A stretch of 64,000 nt of DNA from Leptospiraceae bacterium (lineage in GTDB: Bacteria > Spirochaetota > Leptospiria > Leptospirales > Leptonemataceae). The stretch is from assembly GCA_040217195.1 (NCBI GenBank), contig JAVJNR010000006.1:128001-192000 (forward strand), given 5' to 3'. Made by a program: the position numbers and the translations under genes. Shown one piece after another: positions 19,480-30,193 of the stretch; within the stretch, counting starts at the first letter, position 1, and every line of letters begins with the position of its first letter. The notes under the pieces are model-generated. The model was not told the DNA's origin and did not search any database. It worked only from the letters and a program-made list of their open reading frames with translations.

Positions 19480-22002
19480 ATGTTCTGGATTCATACCATG
19501 ATGGCGGCGCACGCTCTGGCCTGCGCTGTGTTAATACCGGTGCTGGTGCTTCTTGCCAGAAAGATCGGTAAGAATAAGACCGAGTGGGCCTTCATGGCTA
19601 TGCTCATCTGCCTCATTGTTTGGCTACTTTGCAATGCCATATCTAAATGGCTCATTTTCTTCTATGGTATCGAAATACCAGTTATTCCATCCATTGGTGG
19701 GCTGGCCAGCCTTGGCCTGGGATTGGCATTCTATCTGGTATGCGAGTTCCTGCATGAACCTCGGCCTCCCCGTCACAGGCTCTACCGTCTGGTTGCGGCT
19801 TCCATCGGTTCGGTAATAGTTGCTCCCACCTTCTTTCTGAAGCAATGGATTCATCACCGTGAGGTAGTGGATGATTTAATTGTATTTCATTATGGGCCTC
19901 TTTTTCCGGTGACCAGTGGATGGATCATGCTTCTGGTACTCGGTGGAATTTCTCTGCTGCTATATCGGTACAAATATATTATTCGTAATGAGCGTCAGAA
20001 AACCCATATTCGATTGCTAATCCTGGGAACTTTCATATCTCTTCTCTTTGTATATGTGTGCTCCGTCTTTCTTCCATTGATGGATAACTTCATCCTGGAT
20101 AACATTGGTCCGCCCGCTACTCTGGTTTTACTTTCGCTACTGATCTATTCAATTCTATTTCACGGCTTATTCGATCTTCGCACATTCTGGCTCAGATTGA
20201 GCTTATCTGGATCGGTGGTTGTGGCAGGGGCTGTATTTCTCGGGCTTGCAGTGGGCTATCTTTTGAAGACCCTGGGGTCCAATGGCTCCGAATTTCACAC
20301 TACGATCCTGATCGTGCTTTCTGCTCTGGGTATCGCTTATGGCCGATTCGTAGAGCCAGGAATCAGGCAACGTCTATTTCCTTCACCTCCTGGAGTGGAA
20401 GATGTAATCTCTTCTCTTTTTCATGCGGAACGGGAGCTTTCCAGGGAAAATCTACATCCAGCATTGGAACGAATTCTTAGAGCATTAAATCGCGCTATTG
20501 ATTTTAGAAATGGATTTATTCTATGCGTGGATAGGAATGCCTCCTTGCGCCTTTTCCATCGAGGCCCGGTTTCCAGCTCCGCAAGGCGTATTCTTGAACA
20601 ACTGTTTCGTAGATTTAGAGGTCCGCAGCCCACGGATGCAGCCGCACTTACCTACCTTGACCGTACCATAGTTCTGGAGCGCGGGCTGGATGTTCCAGCA
20701 CTGGCAGACTCTGAGTTTCGAAAACGCTATCCCCGGTTAGCGTCGCGGATGGACCAGGCGTTTCAATTTCTACTTGAGGAACGATTTAAGCTACTCATAC
20801 CATTGCTTTATGACGGTCGATGGGTGGGGCTCATTGCACTGGGACAGAAAAGGGATGAATCCCCCTATTTCCAGCAAGAAGTATCTCTCATTGAAGCGTT
20901 ACGATTGTCTCTGGCTCTATTTCTTCACAATCAAGTCTACTACCTGGATCTGGAACAGCGCCGAAAAAGAGCAGAATCAGAAGCAGAAAGGTTATCGGAA
21001 TTTCTGGCAGATACTAGAGTACATCGAAAGAAGCTTCCAGAACATACATTGATATATCGCAGTCCTTTGATGCATGCGGCCATTGACAGTGTGCAGCGGG
21101 CCTCCGGCAGCAATCGGCCGGTGCTGGTAACTGGAGAAACAGGCACCGGTAAGGAATTGATGGCAAGACTGATTCACGATACGGATAGATCGGACCGTCC
21201 ATTCGTAGTTGTGAATTGCGCTGCCATTCCTGCTCATTTACTGGAGGATGAGATTTTTGGACACGTCAAGGGAGCTTTCACCGATGCCCGTTCTGACCGG
21301 GTGGGAAAAGCTCAGCAGGCAGCCGATGGAACTCTGTTTTTCGATGAAATTGGCGAAATGCCTATGGAACTGCAGGCAAAACTGCTGCGGCTCCTTCAAG
21401 ATGGGTCCTACAGTCCACTGGGAGACAACAGTACCGTTCGAGCGAATTGTCGCTTCATATTTGCTACGAACCGTGATCTTACAGAAAGCATAGAAGAAGG
21501 CATTTTTCGCGAAGATCTATATTACCGGATCAATGCATTTTCTATTGATCTGCCTCCCTTGCGACAAAGAAAAGAGGACATTCCGGTGCTCATCGATCAC
21601 TTGCGTGTTGAAATGTCTGCGGAGCTGGGTAGAAACGTTCCCGATATTGACGGTCCGGCCATGCAGGCATTAAGTGCATTTCCCTGGCCTGGAAATATAA
21701 GACAGCTTGAAAATGTCCTGCTTCGCACACTGGCCGCCACCGATGGATCCCTGATTGAACTTTCCGATCTGCCTACAGATCTGGTTTCCACTGCGGAGGC
21801 AATGACCCGGGGAGCTCCGGAAGCCGCTTCCCATGAAGAGTTCCTGTTTGATCGTCCTCTGGGTGAGATGATCGAAGACTTTACTCGCAGGGTGATTCAG
21901 GCAGCCCTGGATCAGACCAATGGAAATCGAACCAGGGCTGCAGAGGTTCTGGGAATGGGACGCACGGCGCTTCTTTACAGGATGAAGCAACTTGGACTCT
22001 AG
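19480..22002 (+). CDS. Membrane-anchored sigma54-dependent enhancer-binding protein (multi-TM, GAF-like, AAA+, Fis HTH)
   Basis: About 9 N-terminal TMs, GAF-like LIALGQK segment, GETGTGKE, GAFTDA, FFDEIGE, WPGNIRQL, C-terminal HTH (NRTRAAEVLG). Confidence 0.92.
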   Translation: MFWIHTMMAAHALACAVLIPVLVLLARKIGKNKTEWAFMAMLICLIVWLLCNAISKWLIFFYGIEIPVIPSIGGLASLGLGLAFYLVCEFLHEPRPPRHRLYRLVAASIGSVIVAPTFFLKQWIHHREVVDDLIVFHYGPLFPVTSGWIMLLVLGGISLLLYRYKYIIRNERQKTHIRLLILGTFISLLFVYVCSVFLPLMDNFILDNIGPPATLVLLSLLIYSILFHGLFDLRTFWLRLSLSGSVVVAGAVFLGLAVGYLLKTLGSNGSEFHTTILIVLSALGIAYGRFVEPGIRQRLFPSPPGVEDVISSLFHAERELSRENLHPALERILRALNRAIDFRNGFILCVDRNASLRLFHRGPVSSSARRILEQLFRRFRGPQPTDAAALTYLDRTIVLERGLDVPALADSEFRKRYPRLASRMDQAFQFLLEERFKLLIPLLYDGRWVGLIALGQKRDESPYFQQEVSLIEALRLSLALFLHNQVYYLDLEQRRKRAESEAERLSEFLADTRVHRKKLPEHTLIYRSPLMHAAIDSVQRASGSNRPVLVTGETGTGKELMARLIHDTDRSDRPFVVVNCAAIPAHLLEDEIFGHVKGAFTDARSDRVGKAQQAADGTLFFDEIGEMPMELQAKLLRLLQDGSYSPLGDNSTVRANCRFIFATNRDLTESIEEGIFREDLYYRINAFSIDLPPLRQRKEDIPVLIDHLRVEMSAELGRNVPDIDGPAMQALSAFPWPGNIRQLENVLLRTLAATDGSLIELSDLPTDLVSTAEAMTRGAPEAASHEEFLFDRPLGEMIEDFTRRVIQAALDQTNGNRTRAAEVLGMGRTALLYRMKQLGL

Positions 22003-22020
22003 CCCGCGTCTATCCCTGGC

Positions 22021-23883
22021 TTAATAATTGAATGTATTGGTTAGGCGGCCGTCTTTGTCATACAATTTGGCACGATAGAAGCGACCTTCTTCGTAAAATC
22101 GTTCCGTTCGATGGGTTCCCAGGCCATTTTCGGCTGGATTTCCGTCTCGGTCAAAGAAGGCTTCTTCGCTCGTGGCCCCAAACGGAGTGTACTCAATTCT
22201 TATTTCATGGACCGAAACCTGTCCTACGTGCATCGGTTTTCCCTCTTTGTCGAAGTACTTGATGTTGGTAATATATCCACGGTCATCCCAGGAGAACTTG
22301 TGTTTGTGGTAATTGATCCTGGGGTAAGTCACCGGTTTATGTTTTTCATCGAGCAGATAAAACTCTTCCGGCCATCCCTGGGCATTCTGTACAATTTTTT
22401 CGCAACTCGCACCGTTTGTGCCAGAGTGCGGCTTTTCTTTTTGATCCAGGTGACAACTAATTCTGATCCCGGGCTCAGGATACTCAAAAGTTTGTATATA
22501 ATGGTCCGAATCCGTATCTGGATGGCTGCCCGGTTCCTCTCTGGCATTCAAAAACCGCACCTGTACTAATTGACCATTACTGTACTCTGATATTTCGACC
22601 GGGGCAAACAGATTCGGTTTTCCTGCAAGCTCATCATTTGCATTGTGGGAGCGAACTTCGATTACCCGGTGCTCTTTGTCTTGCTTCCAGGTGCGACGGG
22701 CGAAACCTTTATTCTCATCTTCGAATAGATTGCCATCGGTAGCGATAAAAGCGGCCTCCACTATATAACCATTCTCATATTTCCTGGTATGTTTGTGCCA
22801 CCCCTGCTCACAGGCCGTGGCCTTCTCATTGTTCCAGCAGGAGTACTCTAGAAGTTCCCCGAAACCGCCGGTGGATGTTTCGATTCTGTTTACATCGGGT
22901 AGTGTATTCCCTTTGCGATTCAAGAATTCCAATGTCATTGATTTCTGGGCCGGCAGACCTGTTCTCTTTAGATCAGTATAATTCTCCTCTTCGGTAGCAA
23001 AGGCCGGCTTACCTTCTTCGTCCAGGTACTGAACCAATACATAGTTCTCTCCATAGGTATATTTGATCTGAAAGTAGGGACTGGATTTTCCAAATGGAAC
23101 GGCTTTGCCATCCTTGTCGAAGCACTTTTCGAGAGAAATGCTCTCATTGGTGTACTCGGAACGAATTTCATGGCAATCCCTCGCAGAGAGGGATGCCGGC
23201 TTGCCTTCTTTGTCGAATGCTTTGCGGGATACCTCCTTTCCAGCTTCGTAACTGTATTCAATTCTATGGGGAAAAAGGAAGTAAGGATCAAAGGGCTCAC
23301 CAGTTGCGTCGAATCTGCTTTCCGCCTTTACTTTGCCATTCTGCAGTTCCTCTATTATTGCATGGGTTCCGCGAAATCTATCCGCTATTGGAGTCCCCTC
23401 CAGGCCCTGATATTTGAAAGACCGCACCTCTGAAGTGTTCGCATAGAAGCTTGCCAGAGTGGCTTCCCTTGGATTGTTCTGCACGACTCCAGTGGAAGTG
23501 GTGTAGTAAACCAGTACACCTGTAGGACCCGGGCGGCCATGCACCATCGACACAGAGTTAGGATCTACGGCCGGGACACCCGAAGTTAATAAAAGTTGAT
23601 AGCTGATCAGGCCTTCTTTGAAGGGTTCAATGGGCTTCCAGCCTCGAATGGCAAAGGGATCTTCGGAAGGATGGGCCATCCGGATTTCTTGAATTTCTTC
23701 GACTGATCCAAAAAAGCTGCGTTTGAACAGATAGTAATGGGTCTCCCTGGTGGTTTCTTCCAATTCATCCACGCCGACAATTCCTTCATCACTCCATGTG
23801 ATACCTTTGTAGGCCTGGTCTGAGCAGGAGAGAATTGTAAAAGAGAATAGAACAAGGGTAGCTAAGAAAGTCCATCGGATCAT
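22021..23883 (-). CDS. Lipoprotein with YD/RHS-like beta-hairpin repeats
   Basis: Lipobox ILSC; recurring units such as FDKEGKP, FDKDGKA, LDEEGKP, FDRDGNP roughly every 50 aa. Confidence 0.65.
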   Translation of the reverse strand: MIRWTFLATLVLFSFTILSCSDQAYKGITWSDEGIVGVDELEETTRETHYYLFKRSFFGSVEEIQEIRMAHPSEDPFAIRGWKPIEPFKEGLISYQLLLTSGVPAVDPNSVSMVHGRPGPTGVLVYYTTSTGVVQNNPREATLASFYANTSEVRSFKYQGLEGTPIADRFRGTHAIIEELQNGKVKAESRFDATGEPFDPYFLFPHRIEYSYEAGKEVSRKAFDKEGKPASLSARDCHEIRSEYTNESISLEKCFDKDGKAVPFGKSSPYFQIKYTYGENYVLVQYLDEEGKPAFATEEENYTDLKRTGLPAQKSMTLEFLNRKGNTLPDVNRIETSTGGFGELLEYSCWNNEKATACEQGWHKHTRKYENGYIVEAAFIATDGNLFEDENKGFARRTWKQDKEHRVIEVRSHNANDELAGKPNLFAPVEISEYSNGQLVQVRFLNAREEPGSHPDTDSDHYIQTFEYPEPGIRISCHLDQKEKPHSGTNGASCEKIVQNAQGWPEEFYLLDEKHKPVTYPRINYHKHKFSWDDRGYITNIKYFDKEGKPMHVGQVSVHEIRIEYTPFGATSEEAFFDRDGNPAENGLGTHRTERFYEEGRFYRAKLYDKDGRLTNTFNY

Positions 23884-23976
23884 AAGTATATTTAGATTTT
23901 ATCAATTGGTCTGTAAACGAATTTATATATATGCGATTGGATTAGATAGCGGAGGATTGTAGGCTCGAATATCTAC

Positions 23977-24003
23977 AAAAAAGCCCGACGGATGCCGGGC
24001 TTT
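23977..24003 (-). terminator. Intrinsic terminator after fbaB
   Basis: Plus strand AAAAAAGCCCG...CGGGCTTT: GC stem with U-run on the minus strand. Confidence 0.75.
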
Positions 24004-24080
24004 CAGGAGGGATACGCTGAAGTGTCTGTTACCAGTGTATCGAGTATCCAATTTGAATTGTACTAAATCCAATCTTTCTA

Positions 24081-25133
24081 TCAGGCCACTGTAATGTCTT
24101 TATTTAGATACACATCCTGGATGGAGTTCAGAAGCTCCACGCCCTCTTTCATAGGACGCTGAAAAGCCTTTCGGCCGGAAATCAAACCGGTTCCGCCAGC
24201 GCGCTTATTGATGACTGCGGTTCGCACTGCATCGGCCAGGTCGCTAGCACCTTTGGACTCTCCACCAGAATTGATAAGACCGGCTCGGCCTGCGTAGCAA
24301 TTCATTACCTGATAGCGGCAAAGATCGATTGGATGGTCGGAAGAAAGTTCGGAATAGACCTTTTCATGAGTCTTCCCGAATTTAACTGCATTGTATCCGC
24401 CATTATTGGTAGCGAGCTTCTGCTTTATGATATCGGCCTGGATGGTCACTCCCAGGTGATTCGCCTGACCGGTGAGGTCCGCTGCAGTATGGTAATCCTT
24501 GTCCTTCTTGAACTCGTTGTTTCGCAGATAGCACCATAGGACTGTAGCCATGCCCAGTTCATGAGCATGCTGAAACGCCTCTGCAACTTCTATGATCTGA
24601 CGGCTGGATTCTTCAGAGCCAAAGTAGATGGTTGCCCCTACTGCAGTGGCTCCCAGATTCCAGGCTTCCTCAACGTTACCGAACATGATCTGATCGTACT
24701 GGTTGGGGTATCGTAACAGATCATTGTGATTGATTTTTACCAGGAATGGAATCCTGTGCGCATACTTTCGCGCAACACTTCCCAGTACCCCATAGGTAGT
24801 TGCCACCGCATTGCATCCGCCTTCAATGGCCAACTTGATAATATTTTCCGGGTCAAAGTAATCTGGATTGGGTGCGAAGGAGGCTCCTGCTGAGTGCTCG
24901 ATTCCCTGGTCTACAGGAAGGATGGAAACGTATCCTGTGCCAGCCAGTCGGCCATGATTGAATAGCTGTCCCAGGGATCGAATGACCTGAGGGTTACGAT
25001 CTGAGCCTACCCAGACTCGATCCATGAAATCTGGACCTGGCACATGCAGGCTTTCTTTTTTTATCCTGGGAGTATGATTCAGGATGCTATCTGCATCACC
25101 TCCGAGCATTTCTTTGATTTTTGCTGTATCCAT
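24081..25133 (-). CDS. fbaB: Class I fructose-bisphosphate aldolase (DhnA type)
   Basis: [37 protein letters not shown]. Confidence 0.95.
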   Translation of the reverse strand: MDTAKIKEMLGGDADSILNHTPRIKKESLHVPGPDFMDRVWVGSDRNPQVIRSLGQLFNHGRLAGTGYVSILPVDQGIEHSAGASFAPNPDYFDPENIIKLAIEGGCNAVATTYGVLGSVARKYAHRIPFLVKINHNDLLRYPNQYDQIMFGNVEEAWNLGATAVGATIYFGSEESSRQIIEVAEAFQHAHELGMATVLWCYLRNNEFKKDKDYHTAADLTGQANHLGVTIQADIIKQKLATNNGGYNAVKFGKTHEKVYSELSSDHPIDLCRYQVMNCYAGRAGLINSGGESKGASDLADAVRTAVINKRAGGTGLISGRKAFQRPMKEGVELLNSIQDVYLNKDITVA

Positions 25134-25217
25134 ATTGCTTTCCTTTTTCCTGGTCTCCTCGAGACGTTAATCGAGACTAAATCTGGCTCAGGGCCCGCCT
25201 GAGAGAGCACAGGCTGC

Positions 25218-25835
25218 TTATTTCAGGGCTTCTGCGCTAATTCCTTCATTTTGAGACTTTGGGTAGATCTCCAATTCTACCTGATCGTTTAATCCGCCTT
25301 TCATTTTTTCTTCAGCGGCTTCAATGGTGGTGCGATTGAGTTTCAGAACATATTCGCCGGATTCAAAGATTTTCTGACTGGTGGTGATTCTATTTCCGGC
25401 TTCAGTGGTTTCGCTTTCAGGGCCTGCGTTTACTGCAGGTTCGGCCAGGTTAAAGCTGGTTTTGATATCAGCAACAAAGGTATCTACTGCTTCGGTTGTA
25501 TCCCTGCGTTGAACCCGGGCAATGGCCAGTTTTCCTTTGTTTAGATACAATCGCAGAGTGTAGGGCTCTTCTGGCATTTCTGCATCCGCAAAAAGGTCCG
25601 AAGCCTCGATTTCGGGATCATTGGATACCGGATAAGAAAGTACTACCTGATCTTCAGAGTCGCTTATCAGAGTCCATCCATCCGCAGTTAACCTTGATAT
25701 GGCTACATCGCCCTGGTCTCCCCAGGCAAAAGCAGCCGGTCCTGGCACAGGTGGCGAGATCTTGGTTTCAGTACAGCTGAACAGTAGGGCAGAGAAGGCC
25801 AGTGGCAGAATTCTCCATTTGGTAAGGTCTATCAT
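25218..25835 (-). CDS. Hypothetical lipoprotein
   Basis: Lipobox LFSC, 205 aa. Confidence 0.6.
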   Translation of the reverse strand: MIDLTKWRILPLAFSALLFSCTETKISPPVPGPAAFAWGDQGDVAISRLTADGWTLISDSEDQVVLSYPVSNDPEIEASDLFADAEMPEEPYTLRLYLNKGKLAIARVQRRDTTEAVDTFVADIKTSFNLAEPAVNAGPESETTEAGNRITTSQKIFESGEYVLKLNRTTIEAAEEKMKGGLNDQVELEIYPKSQNEGISAEALK

Positions 25836-26078
25836 TGCATCCTACATCCATGCGAATCCGGGCTCCTTCAAGCCTTTTTCAATTCCGTCTTTCTAATCGT
25901 CTGCCGACCAGGAATTTTGGAGAGTCGCTGCAGGCTTCGCCTATGGCGGATTTGCCAGGGCGGGGCCCATGGGCCAAAAACCGCCGGGTTTTCCGGGAAA
26001 AACCGTCCTTATATAGTAAAAAAGGAATTGCATCCACACAATCTTAATGAGACATAATCCATTTGCAGAGGATTCATC

Positions 26079-27854
26079 ATGCAATATGGAACATTGAGAG
26101 GCGAGTCGGTACAGAAGTGCCTCATGCAACTGCGCAGCCAGTATGGGTCCGATGTTTTTGTCATCGATACCCGCGAGATCGCCGAATCCGGTTTTCTGGG
26201 CACCGGTCTGTTTAAGAAAAAAATATTCGAAGTGGATTATATGATCAAGGAGCATAACGCTCCCTATCATCAAAAAAAGTCCCCGGAAAGAAAAGCCTCT
26301 GGAAAAAGAAAAACAGCAGAGCAGGCAGCGCTTTCATTTCTGGCGGGCGGTTCCGGATCCACGGGAGAGGATTCCTGGCCTTCCAACGAGAAGAAGTCCA
26401 GGTCCTCCGAGTATCCTGTTGCGCGCAAAAGGCCGGTATTGAGCCAACCCGGGGAAGCAGAAACTCCAGCCGGGAATGCATCGGCGGCTCGCTCAGATGA
26501 GTTCAAAGTAAGCCCCAGAGAGGACGCTGATTTACCAGAATTGGATCAGCTAATTGCATCTCTGAAAGCCCTGAAAGAGGAGACCGGAAAGGACCTGGAT
26601 CGTAAATCCTCCAATGCAAAAAGCGAGGATGAGTCCGATGCTCGTATGGAGCGGCTCTTAAAGAAGATGGATTCCATGGCCCGGGCCGAAGCATTATCAA
26701 GCACCTCCAGCACCAGATCCGAACCAACATCTGGACAGATGAACGGAGGCAGCAAGCAGCAACTAATCAAGGTAGCCGAGCCGCCCAGCGCGGAAGAAAT
26801 AGATGCTCTATGGTCAGATAAGTACGATCAAGGCAGCTCTGCAGTGGATATGCCCGCTGAAGCTGAAATGAGCGATGAGGAATTGATGGCTGCTGTGGAT
26901 CGAATATCTGCCGGACAGCAGAATTCCGAAAATGGGGCCCCGGTTCGAAAACTGGAAATAAACACCGGTCGGGGATGGCCTGTGGCTGCTCTGGGTGTTT
27001 CCGAAGAGCAAGCCCCGAATCCTCCTTCCAGTGCTGCGGAAAATGTGAATAATCTATCGGCCGCACAGGATCCTACTGCTCGCAAATTCATGCAGATTAG
27101 ACAGAGATTACTGAATTCCAGTCTGTCCAGCGAACTGGCCGATCGAATCATTCGAAGTGTAGATGATAGCCTTTCCAGAAATGACCGACAGCTTCCAGGC
27201 CGAATTGAAGAAGTGACTCTTAGCAAACTTAGCAATATGATTCGAATGGTACCGGACATTGCTCCACCCAGAGGGGAATGTAGAGCTGTAATGCTGGTAG
27301 GCCCCACAGGAAGCGGTAAGACTTCCAGCATAGCCAAGCTGGCTACCCGTTATCTTTTGCACGAAAAAAGGGATGTTTCTATCTATAATCTGGATCTGTA
27401 CAGGCTGGGAGCCACGGAAATGCTCAAGGTTCATGCAGAGATCATTGGAGCTCCTTTCCATGCACCGTTAAGTGTGGATGAGTTCAAAAAGCAAATGGAT
27501 GAAGATCCAGCGGAGATAATGCTAATCGATACTGCGGGTATTAGTGGTCCAGATGGACGTCTGAATGACATCCAGGCCTTTCGGGATGCCTGCCCGGTGA
27601 AGCTGGATGTGCATCTTACAGTGGCTGCTGGCACAGATAGTCGGATGATAGACCGTGTATTTGAGACCTTTGACAACTTCGGATTCGATAAAATTCTGCT
27701 CACAAAGCTAGATGAAACAGATTTTTTTGGCGCATTCATCGAGCATGCCGATAAATTTAACAGGCCGTTCTCATTTTTGATGGATGGTCCAGGTGTGCCC
27801 GGCAATATCATGGATGCCAGACCAGATGACCTTGCCCGGATGCTCCTGGATTGA
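26079..27854 (+). CDS. flhF: Flagellar biosynthesis SRP-family GTPase FlhF
   Basis: FlhF-type N-terminus, GPTGSGKT, DLYRLGA, DTAG, TKLDE; directly upstream of flhG and fliA. Confidence 0.88.
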   Translation: MQYGTLRGESVQKCLMQLRSQYGSDVFVIDTREIAESGFLGTGLFKKKIFEVDYMIKEHNAPYHQKKSPERKASGKRKTAEQAALSFLAGGSGSTGEDSWPSNEKKSRSSEYPVARKRPVLSQPGEAETPAGNASAARSDEFKVSPREDADLPELDQLIASLKALKEETGKDLDRKSSNAKSEDESDARMERLLKKMDSMARAEALSSTSSTRSEPTSGQMNGGSKQQLIKVAEPPSAEEIDALWSDKYDQGSSAVDMPAEAEMSDEELMAAVDRISAGQQNSENGAPVRKLEINTGRGWPVAALGVSEEQAPNPPSSAAENVNNLSAAQDPTARKFMQIRQRLLNSSLSSELADRIIRSVDDSLSRNDRQLPGRIEEVTLSKLSNMIRMVPDIAPPRGECRAVMLVGPTGSGKTSSIAKLATRYLLHEKRDVSIYNLDLYRLGATEMLKVHAEIIGAPFHAPLSVDEFKKQMDEDPAEIMLIDTAGISGPDGRLNDIQAFRDACPVKLDVHLTVAAGTDSRMIDRVFETFDNFGFDKILLTKLDETDFFGAFIEHADKFNRPFSFLMDGPGVPGNIMDARPDDLARMLLD

Positions 27855-27898
27855 AACAGAAAAGCGGTCTAAAATTTCGTTGAAGAGAGACCGGAAAA

Positions 27899-28852
27899 AT
27901 GGAACGATTCGAAAAGGTCAGAAATGCTCGAACGCAAATGGCGGAGGTTCTGGCTGGAGTCGGTCCGGCCACCGTGCTGGAGCGTGATACATCTATGGAA
28001 AGCATCGCTGAGCAAAGCCCGTCGGGACCCGGAACCGAAAAAACTACCCGAATCATTTCTGTGACATCTGGCAAGGGTGGAGTGGGCAAAACTACAGTAT
28101 CCGTGAATCTGGCCATTAGCATGGCTCAGCTGGGCAAGAAAGTCCTGCTGTTCGACGGAGATCTGGGACTGGCAAACATTAATGTTCTGCTGGGAATCAT
28201 ACCCGAACACAATATCTATGAGGTGATGAAGGGACGTCGAAACCTCAAAGACATCATCATCCCTACAAACTATGGAATAGACATAATCGCAGGTGCCAAT
28301 GGGATTAGCCAGCTGGCCAATCTTAGCGACGATCAACGAGAACATTTCCTTACCGGCCTTGAAGATCTCCCGGGATACGATGTAATGATCATCGATACAG
28401 GAGCTGGCGTAGGGTCCAATGTCATAGGTCTGGTCATGCCGGCCGATGATGTGGTAGTAGTGACCACTCCAGAGCCCACCGCCATCACCGATGCTTATGG
28501 AATGATCAAAAGCATAGTGGCCAACCGGCAGGAAAAGACCATTAAACTGGTAGTGAATCGAGTGCCCACAGCTGTGGAAGCCAAAAGAGTGGCCGATCGA
28601 TTGATTACGATTTCGTCCCAATTCTTAAAGACAAACGTGGAGAATCTGGGCTTTATTTTTGAGGAGAATTTGGTCCAAAAAAGCATTCGGAGTCAACGTC
28701 CTCACGTAATTCTATACCCTGGAGCTAAAAGCTCGGCCTGCATGCAACATGTGGCCGCTCGCCTTCTAAATCGCGAGGTTACAGAAGGGGGAGAGGGCAT
28801 TTCCGGATTCTTTTCCAAAATATTTCAGATGGTAGGGATCGGAAACGACTGA
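27899..28852 (+). CDS. flhG: MinD-like flagellar number regulator FlhG/FleN
   Basis: SGKGGVGKT, DGDLGLAN, DTGAG, TPEPTAITDAY. The true start may be downstream. Confidence 0.9.
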   Translation: MERFEKVRNARTQMAEVLAGVGPATVLERDTSMESIAEQSPSGPGTEKTTRIISVTSGKGGVGKTTVSVNLAISMAQLGKKVLLFDGDLGLANINVLLGIIPEHNIYEVMKGRRNLKDIIIPTNYGIDIIAGANGISQLANLSDDQREHFLTGLEDLPGYDVMIIDTGAGVGSNVIGLVMPADDVVVVTTPEPTAITDAYGMIKSIVANRQEKTIKLVVNRVPTAVEAKRVADRLITISSQFLKTNVENLGFIFEENLVQKSIRSQRPHVILYPGAKSSACMQHVAARLLNREVTEGGEGISGFFSKIFQMVGIGND

Positions 28853-28866
28853 TCCCGGGCATCTGA

Positions 28867-29304
28867 ATGTCCCTGCAGATTAAATTCATCGCTGTATTTG
28901 CCCTGCTGGGGCTTGCTGTTTCCCTTGTATTCGGGCTTATGTCTGGAAACAGCTTGACGCACGTACTAATCACTGCTTTGATCTGCACAGTTCTCTCCGC
29001 AGCCCTGGGCGTAGGGGTCTATCAGGTACTGAGGAATCGGGTACCTGAGTTTCTTGACCTGTTAAGTGGCAGCGGGGATGCGTCGGAACTGGCAGACGAA
29101 GATCTGGGCGCGCTGGACGATGCCCTGAATGTGTCCGGGGACGAGGGTCTGCCGGATGGGGACGGAGAAGCTCCGTTCGCCGATGGTGCGGAGCCAGAGA
29201 GAAAGGAATTCGGGGATCATATCCTGGTAGACAAAGTAAAAGTCAAAAACAACCCGCGCCTCATGGCTTCGGCCATTCGCACCATGTTGTCCCGGGATGA
29301 ATAG
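28867..29304 (+). CDS. Two-TM membrane protein in the flhF-fliA operon
   Basis: Two hydrophobic helices, acidic linker, C-terminal MASAIRTML; tightly packed in the operon. Confidence 0.7.
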   Translation: MSLQIKFIAVFALLGLAVSLVFGLMSGNSLTHVLITALICTVLSAALGVGVYQVLRNRVPEFLDLLSGSGDASELADEDLGALDDALNVSGDEGLPDGDGEAPFADGAEPERKEFGDHILVDKVKVKNNPRLMASAIRTMLSRDE

Positions 29305-29312
29305 CCTGTCGA

Positions 29313-30110
29313 ATGTCAAAGACCTACGAGAAATATAAAGACGACGATGAACAATCCCTCTGGCAGCGATATCGCAAAGAAGGTCTGCCAGAGCTACGGG
29401 ATTTCTTCGCGGAAAAATACGCACCTCTGGTGAAATACGTGGCCGGCAAAGTGGCCATCGGTATGCCCCAGAATGTTGAGTTCGATGATCTGGTAAGCTA
29501 CGGTTCCTTCGGACTACTGGATGCCATCGAGAAATTTGATCCCAATCGCGATATTAAATTCAAGACTTATGCTATGACCCGTATTCGCGGAGCCATTTTT
29601 GATGAGCTTCGCAGTATTGACTGGATACCTCGAAGTATCCGTCAGAAGGCTCGTCAGGTAGAAGAGATCATTTCCCAGCTTGAAAACAAACTGGGTCATA
29701 CCGTAGAAGATGAAGACATTGCCAAGGAGATGGGTATTTCCGTAGATGAGCTTCAGAGTCTACTTACCAAAATTTCCGGTACTTCCATTATTTCACTTAA
29801 TGACATCTGGTACATGGGTGATGATAACGATGAAGTATCATTCATGGAGACCCTGGAAAGTCCTCAGAACCTGAATCCAGACTCCCTGATTGAAAAAGAA
29901 GAAATCAAAAGCGTTATTGTAGAAGCGATTAAGACTCTGCCAGATAAAGAGAAGAAGGTCATTGTACTCTACTACTACGAAGACCTGACTTTGAAAGAGA
30001 TTGGCGAAGTGCTTGAAGTCACTGAGTCCAGGATTTCGCAGCTACATACAAAGGCCATTATGAGGCTTCGCGGTAAACTTGTGCGTATGAAAAATGCGCT
30101 GAAGAAATAA
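29313..30110 (+). CDS. fliA: RNA polymerase sigma28 factor FliA/WhiG
   Basis: [47 protein letters not shown]. Confidence 0.95.
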   Translation: MSKTYEKYKDDDEQSLWQRYRKEGLPELRDFFAEKYAPLVKYVAGKVAIGMPQNVEFDDLVSYGSFGLLDAIEKFDPNRDIKFKTYAMTRIRGAIFDELRSIDWIPRSIRQKARQVEEIISQLENKLGHTVEDEDIAKEMGISVDELQSLLTKISGTSIISLNDIWYMGDDNDEVSFMETLESPQNLNPDSLIEKEEIKSVIVEAIKTLPDKEKKVIVLYYYEDLTLKEIGEVLEVTESRISQLHTKAIMRLRGKLVRMKNALKK

Positions 30111-30193
30111 TTTCTGAAGCCTCCTCACAGCTGCCATTTCTATCTTCCATTCGATTATGGATACCCTTGATGCATTCTGATTGAATGCTAATT

